63,679 nucleotides of DNA from Octopus bimaculoides. Its lineage: Eukaryota. The stretch is from assembly GCF_001194135.2 (NCBI RefSeq), contig NC_068993.1:6174747-6238425 (forward strand), read 5' to 3'. Made by a program: the position numbers and the translations under genes. Numbering within the stretch: the stretch's first letter is position 1; each line of letters begins with the position of its first letter. Positions 1 through 10,420 of the stretch are shown in pieces. Under the pieces are notes generated by a model. The model did not search any database, was not told the DNA's origin, and saw only the letters and a program-made list of their open reading frames with translations.

Positions 1-238
1 CCCCCCCCCCAAATTTCAGGCCTTGTGCTTAGAGTAGAAAAGAATCGTTAGTACGCCGGCATTTCAACGGCGTTTTCGTCCGTTTATGCTCTGAGTTCGA
101 ATTCCACTGAGGTCGACTTTGACTTCCATCCTTTTCATGGTCAATAAAATAAATACCAGTTGAATACTGGGGTCGATGCAATCGGCTAGTCCCCTTCGAT
201 TTCAGATGTTTTGCCTCTTAGTAACAAGGGTTGTTGTT
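1..238 (+). mobile_element. SINE family B, head-to-tail dimer (tail of one copy fused to a second copy)
   Basis: Tail AAATTTCAGGCCTTGTGCTTAGAGTAGAAAAGAAT runs into head remnant AGAATCGTTAG, then a B-box-like GAGTTCGAATTCC and the central GACTTTG..TCATCC..GGTCAATAAAAT..TACCAGTT block. Confidence 0.85.
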
Positions 239-630
239 AGGCGTGGCTGTATGGTAAGAAGCTTGCTTACCAACCACATGGTTCCGGGTTCAGTCCCACT
301 CCGTGACACCTTGAGCAAGTGTCTTCTACTATAGCCTTGGGCCAAACAAAGCCTTGTGAGTGGATTTGGTAGATGGAAACTCACATAAGCCCGTCGTGTG
401 CGTGTCCTTGTGTGTGTTTGTCCCCCACCCGCGTAACAGATTGACAACCGGTGTTGGTGTGTTTACGTTCTTGTAACTTAGCAGTTCGGCAAAAGGACCC
501 GATAGAATAAGTACCAGGCTTTAAAAAAATTAAGTCCTGGGGTCGATTCTTTCGACTAAAAAAATATTCAAGGTGGTGCCCCAGCATGGCCGGAGTCTAA
601 TGACCGAAACAAGTAAAAGATAAAGGATAG
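239..630 (+). mobile_element. SINE family A, near full-length
   Basis: tRNA-like head with A-box-like TGGCTGTATGG and B-box-like GGGTTCAGTCCC, then CCTTGAGCAAGTG block, an internal (GT)n, and tail GGTGGTGCCCCAGCATGGCC..GAAACAAGTAAAAGA. Many other copies are in the window. Confidence 0.85.
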
Positions 631-954
631 GTTCAACAGGAATAAAAGAAAATGAAATTTTTGTTTTCCTTTTTTGTTTTTTGTTTATGTAAACTTAATC
701 AATTGTAAAAATTAATGAGCAGATGAAGCAAGTTTTCCGGCTGATTCATTTCATCACCTGCATTTTTAGTTCGCAAAGTGGTCTCTGCTTCAGTCGATGC
801 GTTAAATCATCGAGAGAAAAAAAAAACTATTTCGTGGTTTTTATTCCGGTTCTTTACGTTTTGAGTTCGAATCACGCGTAAGTCAATCTTAGTTTCTTTC
901 TTTTTTCATCCTTTCAAATTTGCTGATGCCAATAGTGTCAATAGGGCGGTGTGC

Positions 955-1120
955 GGGCAGAGTCGTTAGCACGCCGGGTGGAATGCTTAGTGGTATTTCG
1001 CTCGTTTTAATGTTCGGAGTTCAAATGACGCCGGGTCGACTTTCCCTTTTATTTTTTTTTTTTTTCTGGTTCAATATAACAAGTAGCAGTCGAACATTGG
1101 GGTCGGTGCCATCGACTTAA
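955..1120 (+). mobile_element. SINE family B, partial
   Basis: GGCAGAGTCGTTAGCACGCCGGGTGGAATGCTTAG..GGAGTTCAAATGACGCCGGGTCGACTTT matches the family B head and middle. Confidence 0.75.
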
Positions 1121-1221
1121 CGCCTCACTTGTAATTGCTAGCTGCTCTGTGAAACTGTTATAAAATACTAATCAAATACGAGGATTAAATTTATGAAGCT
1201 GCGCTGATTTTGCATCTTAAT

Positions 1222-1622
1222 TCTTTTCTATTCTAGGCACAAGGCCTGAAATTTTGGGGGAGGGTGGGAGGTTGTCAGTCGATTAGATCGATCTCAGTAC
1301 GCAACTGGTACTTTATTTCGTTCAATCTGCTATCAAGGCATTACCTAGAAGTAGTAGCTGCGAGCTGGACAATAACATTAATGAGATGAATGATGAAAAA
1401 AAATGGTACTCAATTTATCGACCCCGAAATGATGAAAGGTAAAGTTGACCTCGGCGGAATTTGAACTCAGAACGTAAAGACAAACAAAATACCGCTAAGA
1501 ATCTCACCCGGCGTGCTAACGCCTCTGCCAGCTCGTCGCCCTTTTTACACCTTAATTCGAAAGATAGAGTAGAAAATTATTTATAAAACTAAGAGGAAAC
1601 ACTCGCTTCGTTGATTTATTTT

Positions 1623-1653
<31 letters not shown>

Positions 1654-3039
1654 GTGTGTGTGTGTGTGTGAGTTGTTCTACAACTCTTCTTCATTGTCTC
1701 CATGAGTTTTATTTTAGCCCCATACACACAGTATCTAGGGCCGTCGTGCCCAATAAACTACACCACAATAATAATTCTTTCTAATTTTGGTACGAGGTCA
1801 GCAATTTTCAGGGGAAGGGTACAGCGATTACATTGATTCCAGAGCTCAACTTTATTTTATCGACCCTGAAATGAAGAAAGGCAAAGTTGACTTCGGTGGG
1901 ATTTGATCTCACAACGTAAAGAGCCGGAATAAATGTCACTAGACAATTTTCCCTACGCTCCAGCGACTCGGCTGCCCTATTTTTTTTTATTTAGGCACAT
2001 GACCAATAGTTTTATGGGGATAGGACTAATCGATGTAATCGACTACAGTACTTGATTAGTTCTTTATTCTTTGGTCCCAGGAGGAATGAATGACAAAGAC
2101 AGCCCCGGCGGAATTTGAACTCAGAACGCAATGAGTTGTCCTAATAATAACCCTTTCTCACTCTGCCATGAGGCCGACAAGTTTTACGGGGGTGGGTAAA
2201 CAGATTACCTCAACCCCCACGGCTCAACTGGTACGGCTTTTATCGAAATCGAAAGGCAAGGGGACAAGTCGATTATATCGACTCCAGTGTTCCACTGATA
2301 GTTAATTCATCGACCCCTAAAGGATGAAAAGCAAAGTCAACCTCGGCGGAATTTGAACTCAGAACGTAGCATCGGGCGAAATACCGCTAAGCATTTCGTC
2401 CAGCACGCTAACGATTCTGCCAGCTCGCCGGCTTCACTGCTTTGATAATGATAAAAATCTTTGTTTCAAAATTGGCGCAAGACCGGCAGTTTTTAGCAGT
2501 GGGAGGTTTTAATCGATTTCATCAACCCCAATATTTCACTGGCACTTTATTTAATAGACCATGAAAAGATGAAAAGGCGAAGTTGACCTCAGCGGGATTT
2601 GAACACAAAACGTAAAGCGCTGGAAGAAATGCTGCTTAGCATTTTGTCTGACGCGCCAACAATTCTACTAGCTGTCTGCGTAATAATAATAATAATTCTC
2701 TCTTTGTGGGACACAAGGGCCGCGAAAAACTTTTAGGAGAATACAAAGACAAAGGACAGTGGAGATTTAAATAAAAACAATAAAATCAATGACAATTTGC
2801 AAAATAATAATCATGATTTAAAATTGTGGCACAAGGCCAGTAATTTCGATGGAAGAAGGGTGAACCGATTACATCGACCCCACCCTCCGTCCTCAACTGG
2901 TACTTATTTAATCGACCTCAAAAGCATGACAGGCAAAAATTGACACCGGCGGTATTTGATCTCAGAACGTGAAGACGAACGAAATGCCGCTAAGCATTTT
3001 GTTCGGCGTGCCAACGATTTTGCTAGCTCGCCACCTTAG

Positions 3040-3137
<98 letters not shown>

Positions 3138-3357
3138 CCTTTCTACTATAGGCACAAGGCCTGAAATTCTTGGGGAGGTGTAGGGACAGTCGATATCATC
3201 GACCCCAGTACGTAACTGGCACTTAATTTATCGACCCCGAAAGGATGGAAAGCAAAGTCGACCTCGGTGGAATTTGACCTCAGAACGTAAAGACGGACGA
3301 AAGGCCGTTAAGCATTTTTTCCCTGCGTGCTAACGATTTTGCAAGCTCGTCACCTCA
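1222..3357 (-). mobile_element. Stack of about 7-8 minus-strand SINE family B copies separated by (AAT)n tracts
   Basis: Recurring GGCACAAGG..ATCGACCCC..GAAAGGCAAAGTYGACCTCGGCGGAATTTGAACTCAGAACGTA..GCTAACG..GCCAGCTCG at about 1222-1543, 1772-1978, 1990-2135, 2150-2435, 2450-2680, 2810-3038 and 3135-3357. Confidence 0.85.
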
Positions 3358-3596
3358 ACAACAATAATAATAATAATAATAATAACAACAATAATAGAAA
3401 TAACAAAGCTGATGATGATGAAGCTGACGATTTCTCATGTTTGCCACAGAAGCATGGAATGAGAAAGTACATTACAAGGACGGTCTACAACAAATATAGG
3501 TTTGGGTAGAATTTAGATTTAAAAAACATATATAAAACTTCCCTTCAAGAAAATAAGAAGAAGAAGAACCACAACAATAAAGAGGCTGTCACTTAC

Positions 3597-3851
3597 CTGT
3601 GTGAGAGGTACTCCGTCGTATGCCAGACCAATAATTATAAACGGCATTGTAAGTAGGCCATTTCCTAAGTCTGCTACGCAAAGATTGAGAAGGAAAGCCG
3701 ACGATATGGTCCTCAGTTTTTTCGTAAGAATTACAGTGACAATCACCAGAATATTTGAAACAACTGTTATTAGACAGAAGACACTCATGGACAAGATGAG
3801 AACCACACGTACGCTAGCACTTGGGTAAGCTAGGTCCACACCCTCTCCCAT
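3597..3851 (-). CDS. Coding exon of a class A (rhodopsin-like) GPCR: short N-terminus, TM1, ICL1, TM2, ECL1 (85 codons, phase-0 donor)
   Basis: Translates as MGEGVDLAYPSASVRVVLILSMSVFCLITVVSNILVIVTVILTKKLRTISSAFLLNLCVADLGNGLLTMPFIIIGLAYDGVPLTQ. It has N1.50 (SN-xLV), a basic ICL1 (KKLRT), the TM2 LxxxD motif (NLCVADL) and the TM2 proline (LTMPF). It ends at CAG|GTAAGT (complement of 3596-3591). The ORF-track tail after 3597 is intron read-through. Receptor subfamily is not assignable by eye. Confidence 0.93.
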
Positions 3852-4027
3852 GGACGGGGGTGCAAGTGATGGGATAAAGAAGGAATAATATAAAGGAAGG
3901 AATGAAGAATGTACGAAAGGGAAAGAGAGAGAGAGAAAAAAAAACTTGAATGGAAGAAAGAAAGAAAAAGGAGAGAGAAAGAAGAAACAAAGAAGGAAAT
4001 GTGTAGAGAAGGGAGAGAAGAAGAAAC

Positions 4028-4152
4028 AGAAGAAGAAGAAGAAGAAGAAGAAGAAGAAGAAGAAGAAGAAGAAGAAGAAGAAGAAGAAGAAGAAGAAGAA
4101 GAAGAAGAAGAAGAAGAAAAAGAAGAAGAAGAAGAAGAAGAAGAAGAAGAAA
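4028..4152. repeat. (GAA)n/(TTC)n trinucleotide tract about 180-300 nt upstream of the GPCR ATG
   Basis: Directly visible. It is the source of the poly-E, poly-K and poly-S ORFs. Confidence 0.98.
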
Positions 4153-4309
4153 AGGGGCTGCGGAACAAGAGGCGAAGTTGTGTAGGTAAGCGAAAGTGGT
4201 GGCGTTGCTGAAGGTGGTGGTGAGAGTGGGGGGAGTTCCTGTTGTTGGTATTACTTTGTGTGTGTGCGCGCGTGTCTCTGTGTGTGCGTGTGTATGTGTG
4301 TGGCGAGAA

Positions 4310-4395
4310 GTTGTCGTGGCTGTTTAGCCCCAGGTCAGCCCTGATCGAGCAGACCTATGGTCAAATGTATTCCAGTCGTGACCATTCCGTCTATG
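4310..4395. repeat. Unclassified short interspersed repeat (family E)
   Basis: TTTAGCCCCAGGTCAGCCCTGATCGAGCAGACCTATGG has a diverged second copy at about 10088-10140 (TTTAACCCCTGATCAGCATTAATCAAGCAGACTTATGG). Confidence 0.6.
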
Positions 4396-4465
4396 TTTAT
4401 ACTTGATGTATATCCACGACGGTTGGTAATGTGTGTACGTGTACGTGTGTGTGTGTGTGTGTGGT

Positions 4466-4530
4466 TTTGAAAGATTTTTGGCTGCTATTACTAGCAAATC
4501 GAGCGACCGCGTAGAGACTCCCTCGTCGGC
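4466..4530. repeat. Unclassified short interspersed repeat of about 60 bp (family F)
   Basis: GATTTTTGGCTGCTATTACTAGC..GAGCGACCGCGTAGAG has related copies at about 7988-8035, 8752-8805 and 10514-10560. Confidence 0.6.
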
Positions 4531-5064
4531 CTGTTTTGTAATGAGAAGTAAAAGCGATCTGTTGTGAATGGTTGCGTGTGTATGTGTGTGTATGCTTGCA
4601 ATGTGTGGGTGTGCATTGATGGGTGTGTGTGTGTGTGCGTCAGTGCACGTGTGGTCTATGTACCTTACTGTGCACTACTACATGGATGTGTGCGTGTGTC
4701 TGTGCAGCATGTGTGTGTTTATAATGTGTAAGGGTGTATGTATGTATTTATGTCTATATATATACATATATATAGTTGTGTGTGTATGTAAATGTTTGAT
4801 TCAGTGCGCGCGTAGCTTCAGTGTGTAGTGTTTACTGTGTGTATGTGTGTGTGTGTGTGTTTACATTTATGTGCCTTAGTGTGTGCATGTGCGATGTGTA
4901 TGTGTGTGATTTGTGATGTGTATGTTATATGGATTTATGTGTGTGTGTGTGTGTGGTTGCGTGCGTTAGTGCGCTCGCTCTTCGTGTGTGTATTAGTATG
5001 AATTTACTATGCACCAATCGGTGTATGCTCGGTGTGCGCGTGTGTGTTCGTACCTATGTATGTG

Positions 5065-5113
<49 letters not shown>

Positions 5114-5713
5114 NNNNNNNNNNNNNNNNNNNNNNNNNNNNNNNNNNNNNNNNNNNNNNNNNNNNNNNNNNNNNNNNNNNNNNNNNNNNNNNNNNNNNNN
5201 NNNNNNNNNNNNNNNNNNNNNNNNNNNNNNNNNNNNNNNNNNNNNNNNNNNNNNNNNNNNNNNNNNNNNNNNNNNNNNNNNNNNNNNNNNNNNNNNNNNN
5301 NNNNNNNNNNNNNNNNNNNNNNNNNNNNNNNNNNNNNNNNNNNNNNNNNNNNNNNNNNNNNNNNNNNNNNNNNNNNNNNNNNNNNNNNNNNNNNNNNNNN
5401 NNNNNNNNNNNNNNNNNNNNNNNNNNNNNNNNNNNNNNNNNNNNNNNNNNNNNNNNNNNNNNNNNNNNNNNNNNNNNNNNNNNNNNNNNNNNNNNNNNNN
5501 NNNNNNNNNNNNNNNNNNNNNNNNNNNNNNNNNNNNNNNNNNNNNNNNNNNNNNNNNNNNNNNNNNNNNNNNNNNNNNNNNNNNNNNNNNNNNNNNNNNN
5601 NNNNNNNNNNNNNNNNNNNNNNNNNNNNNNNNNNNNNNNNNNNNNNNNNNNNNNNNNNNNNNNNNNNNNNNNNNNNNNNNNNNNNNNNNNNNNNNNNNNN
5701 NNNNNNNNNNNNN

Positions 5714-5777
<64 letters not shown>

Positions 5778-7449
5778 TAGTCCTATGTTTGTGTGTCTCT
5801 GTATACGCTCACGCGTGTGTGCGTGTGTGTGTGTGTGTTTGTATACGCGCATGTGTTTGTAAATGTCTCTCTCTCTTTATACGCACGTGTGGGTGTGTTT
5901 ATGTGTCTCTCAGTACGCGCATGTGTGCGTGCGTGTGTGTGTGAGTGCCTATCTCTTTGTATGTGTGTGCGTGTGTCTGTGCATGCATGTGTGTGTGTGT
6001 GTATGCAAGCACACATATAAATGCGTGTGTTGCAGCGTGAGATAAAAAGGACGGCACTAAATATGTATGGATATTGTATACTTCTCTGTGTGTATGTGTG
6101 TGTTCGTATGTGTGTTTATGTATTTGTGTGTATGGTCGTATATGCGCGTGAGTGTGTGTATGTGTGTGTGTGTGTACGTGTGTTCGTGTGTGTGTGCGTG
6201 TATGGTTTCGTATGTGTTGTTCTTTGTGAATGTGTTCGCGTGTGTCTTGATGTTTACAATTGGGTGGGTGGGTATGTGGGTGGGGCNNNNNNNNNNNNNN
6301 NNNNNNNNNNNNNNNNNNNNNNNNNNNNNNNNNNNNNNNNNNNNNNNNNNNNNNNNNNNNNNNNNNNNNNNNNNNNNNNNNNNNNNNNNNNNNNNNNNNN
6401 NNNNNNNNNNNNNNNNNNNNNNNNNNNNNNNNNNNNNNNNNNNNNNNNNNNNNNNNNNNNNNNNNNNNNNNNNNNNNNNNNNNNNNNNNNNNNNNNNNNN
6501 NNNNNNNNNNNNNNNNNNNNNNNNNNNNNNNNNNNNNNNNNNNNNNNNNNNNNNNNNNNNNNNNNNNNNNNNNNNNNNNNNNNNNNNNNNNNNNNNNNNN
6601 NNNNNNNNNNNNNNNNNNNNNNNNNNNNNNNNNNNNNNNNNNNNNNNNNNNNNNNNNNNNNNNNNNNNNNNNNNNNNNNNNNNNNNNNNNNNNNNNNNNN
6701 NNNNNNNNNNNNNNNNNNNNNNNNNNNNNNNNNNNNNNNNNNNNNNNNNNNNNNNNNNNNNNNNNNNNNNNNNNNNNNNNNNNNNNNNNNNNNNNNNNNN
6801 NNNNNNNNNNNNNNNNNNNNNNNNNNNNNNNNNNNNNNNNNNNNNNNNNNNNNNNNNNNNNNNNNNNNNNNNNNNNNNNNNNNNNNNNNNNNNNNNNNNN
6901 NNNNNNNNNNNNNNNNNNNNNNNNNNNNNNNNNNNNNNNNNNNNNNNNNNNNNNNNNNNNNNNNNNNNNNNNNNNNNNNNNNNNNNNNNNNNNNNNNNNN
7001 NNNNNNNNNNNNNNNNNNNNNNNNNNNNNNNNNNNNNNNNNNNNNGTAGTAGTGGTGCTGGTGGTGGTGGTGGTGGTGGTAGTAGCAAGCTGGAAGTTAT
7101 TAGTATTTTAGTTATTGTAAGTACAATAGTATTGGCAGTGGTACTGGTAGTAGTCATGGTCATAGTAGGAGTTGTAGTAGCAACAGTACAAATCGTTGTT
7201 GTCATTTAGTAGTAGTTGTAGTAGTAGTTGTTGTTGTTGTAGTTGTTGTTATTGTTGTAGTAGCAGTAGTAGTAGTAGTAGTAACGATAGACGTTGTAGT
7301 GTTAGTGGTAGTTGTTAAAGTCTCGGTGGTAGTACGCTCCTTGTCCTTGTATTGTTCTAGTTACAGCGTAACTGTGTTAGTACAAGGTAGTGGTGGTAGT
7401 GGTGGTGGTACTGTTTAGTGTTAGTGGTGGCGTCAGAAGTAACAGTAGC

Positions 7450-7497
<48 letters not shown>

Positions 7498-7710
7498 GAT
7501 GGTGGTGGTAGATATAACTTAATGTTTGGTGTTTTAGTAATAACTCATGAGAATTGTTATTGTTGTTAGTANNNNNNNNNNGGTTGTTTTCAAAGTGGAT
7601 GTATTGGTTGTAGTGCTGATTTCAATTTTTCATTATTGTTGTTGTTATTGGTACTGTTGATGTGGTTGTTGTTCTGTAAAAATGATCTTGATGATGATGA
7701 TGATGATGAC

Positions 7711-7749
<39 letters not shown>

Positions 7750-8129
7750 TGTCAGTTGTTGATGATATGTGGCTAACCCTTAATGTTGAACCCCCAAACC
7801 AACCCGGATTTTAAACAACAGCTTTTTAGAAAAAGTAACCAAAAAAAAAACATATATATTTATATAAAATAAAAAAGTAAAAAGAATCTACCTATGTCCA
7901 TCTTGTCTCCAGGTACAAGCGTATCTAGGATTACACAAACGAACGTGTCATTATTTCAAGACATTCAAGGCAGCAGACTGTGAGATTTGAAGGATTTTTG
8001 GCTGCTGTATCTAGCATATTCTGCGACCTAGCATATCCTGCGTTGGAGAGGGCCGAGCATCAAAGCGTTTCTGATGTTGCTGTTATTGTTGTAGTTAATC
8101 ATGTATAAGGGCATGGTTGTGTGGTAAGA

Positions 8130-8620
8130 AGCTTCCTTCCGCCCCTAAAGGCGACGAGTTCTGAGTTCAAATTCCGCCGAGGTCGACTTTGCCTTTTATC
8201 CTTCCAATGTCGATAAATTAAGTACCAATTGCGTACTTGGGTTGATCTAATCGACTGGCCACACCCTCACCCCAAATTTCAGGCCTTGTGCCTAAAGTAG
8301 AAAAGAAAGGGTTCAAGCCAAACTTAACCTCGGCAGGGTTTGAACTCACCACCATTAGTGTTGTGGTTCAGACTGGGAGCTGACAAAATCGCACGCCGGA
8401 TAAAATTGTTCTACTGCATTTCTTCCGGCTTTACGAATGAGTTCGAATTCCGTCGAGGCCGACTTTGTTTCTCATCCTTTCGGGATCGATAAAATAAACA
8501 GCAGTTAATTACTAGGCTCCATAAACTAAGTACCAGTTGCGTACTGGAGTCCATCTAATCGTCCAGCCCGTTTCCCTCAAAATTTCAGGCCGTGTACCCT
8601 ATAGTACAATGGATTATTAT
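8130..8620 (+). mobile_element. Two or three SINE family B copies
   Basis: GAGTTCAAATTCCGCCGAGGTCGACTTTGCC..GTCGATAAATTAAGTACCA..AAATTTCAGGCCTTGTGCC at about 8140-8310, with further copies at about 8400-8620. Confidence 0.8.
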
Positions 8621-8896
8621 GGTTTGCAGGGCACGGGGTTTGTAGAGTTACTGTTGTTGCTTAGTCCATCCATGGCCATCCCCTCTTTTTGTATATCTAC
8701 GGCCATATTGTCCAAAGTTTTTTTTTCTGTTAAGATGGTAGAAATTTGATTTGAGGATTATTTGGCTATTATTTCTAGGTATTTCTGCGTCCGCGTACAG
8801 GCTTGTAAGTCGTCCCATCGTTACACAGCTCTTGCCGTTGTTGTTGTGGTTGTTGTTATGGTATTGTGTTTTGTAGACTCATTACTGGCTAGCTAG

Positions 8897-9285
8897 TGGA
8901 GGCGCAATGGCCCAGTGGTTAGGCCAGCGGACTTGCGGTCGTAGGATCGCAGTTTCGCTTCTCAGACCGGGCGTTGTGAGTGTTTATTGAGCGAAAACAC
9001 CTAAAGCTCCACGAGGCTCCGGCAGGGAATGGTGGCGAACCCTGCTGTACTCTTTCACCACAACTTTCTCTCACTCTTTCTTCCTGTTTCTGTTGTGCCT
9101 GTAATTCAAAGGGCCAGCTTTGTCACACTCTGTGTCACGCTGAATCTCCCCGAGAACTACGTTAAGGGTACACGTGTCCGTGGAGTGCTCAGCCACTTGC
9201 ACGTTAATTTCACGAGCATGCTGTTCCGTTGATCGGATCAACTGGAACCCTCGTCGTCGTAACCGACGGAGTGCCAACAAACAAA
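8897..9285 (+). mobile_element. SINE family C, full-length, tRNA-Arg-like head, tail type 1
   Basis: Head GGAGGCGCAATGGCCCAGTGGTTAGG..GGACTTGCGGTC..GTTTCGCTTC; tail ends GTCGTCGTAACCGACGGAGTGCCAACAA. It may be one of the octopus OR-type tRNA-Arg SINEs (recollection, not verified). Confidence 0.85.
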
Positions 9286-10140
9286 AATGTTGTGTGGCAG
9301 TTATTGACGTTAATCATCAGGCGTATTTTAAATGTTGTTATACAGCAAATTTTAACACAAACTTTTGTTTGTCGGCTGTTATTCAGGTAGTTATTTCTGT
9401 ATTGCTGTTAATGCAACTGTTGTTAGTCATCTATTTTTGTTGCAGCTGCTTCACTTATTATATTACTGTTGTTAAAGGGAACTGTTGTTCGTCAGATGTT
9501 GTTGCTGCAGCAGTTGTTAAAATTACCGTTGTTAGCCATTTGTATAAACGGTCATCCCTTTTCTGTTATAAAGCAACATTCATCGCCATAGATGAGGATC
9601 GACACAAAACAAGAACCCGTACAGAAGACAGTGAGTTTGGTTCTTTTGGTCAACCTCACCTCTTTTGAGGATCGGAAGCTGGACGTGGCACGTTGGAGGT
9701 GGCACATTACTATGCCAGCATCTGCAACTCTAGCTTCCAATTCAGATTCCGAAGAGATGAGAAAGGCAAAGACGTCTCGGCGGGATTTGAGCTCAGAGCA
9801 CAATGAATCGCAACGAATGGCGCAAGGAGTTTTGTCCAGCGCTCTGCCGACTCTGGATAAGACTTTAATATTTTTACCGGGAAAAGGGGTTGGGCCTCTT
9901 CGTTATCATTATCATTGCTTCCAGTATGTGTNNNNNNNNNNNNNNNNNNNNNNNNNNNNNNNNNNNNNNNNNNNNNNNNNNNNNNNNNNNNNNNNNNNNN
10001 NNNNNNNNNNNNNNNNNNNNNNNNNNNNNNNNNNNNNNNNNNNNNNNNGTGGCGTGGGTGGCGGGGTGGGGAATAAATAAAGATTCAGTTACTGCTGTTA
10101 TTTAACCCCTGATCAGCATTAATCAAGCAGACTTATGGTA

Positions 10141-10420
10141 CATGGCCTAGTGGTTAGAGCAGCGGACTCGGGGTCGAGGGTCGCGAGTTCGAATCTCAGA
10201 CCGGGCGATGTGTGTCTTTATGAGCGAAACACCTAAGCTCCACGCGGCTCTGGCAGAAGGTAATGGCGAACATCTGCTGACTCTTTCGCCACAACTTTCT
10301 CTCACTCTTTCCTCCTGCCTATGACACTTCACCTGTGGTGTCCTGTCCAGGTGGGGAACCTATACTCCAATGAAACCAGGAAACCGGCCCTTATGACCCA
10401 GGCATGGCTCGAGAAGGAAG
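10141..10420 (+). mobile_element. SINE family C, tail type 2
   Basis: Same head and middle as 8897-9285 (GAGCGAAACACCTAAGCTCCAC..CACAACTTTCTCTCACTCTTTC), but it ends ATGAAACCAGGAAACCGGCCCTTATGACCCAGGCATGGCTCGAGAAGGAA. Confidence 0.8.

Noticed and set aside
1222-3357. Repeat/spacer appearance reminiscent of a CRISPR array
   Set aside because: Units are about 200 bp, diverged, Pol III-type SINEs with microsatellite spacers. The context is eukaryotic and there are no cas genes.
3601-3828. 75-aa plus-strand ORF overlapping the GPCR exon
   Set aside because: Antisense shadow of the real coding exon, with no recognisable motif.
3909-4211. Poly-Glu, poly-Lys and poly-Ser ORFs
   Set aside because: They are just the three readings of the (GAA)n tract, with no other coding signal.
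4568-7209. Long VC-, HT- and X-rich ORFs (many similar ones throughout the window)
   Set aside because: Produced by (GT)n, (TA)n and (TATG)n microsatellites and by N gaps that contain no stop codons.
8897-8975. tRNA-like sequence (also near 10141, 13455, 48005 and 59140)
   Set aside because: These have A/B boxes but no complete cloverleaf with a paired acceptor stem, and they continue into SINE bodies. They are SINE heads, not tRNA genes.
9174-10080. 164-aa and 162-aa ORFs
   Set aside because: They run through a SINE tail, GTT-rich low-complexity DNA, a SINE remnant and a gap, with no domain or splice support.
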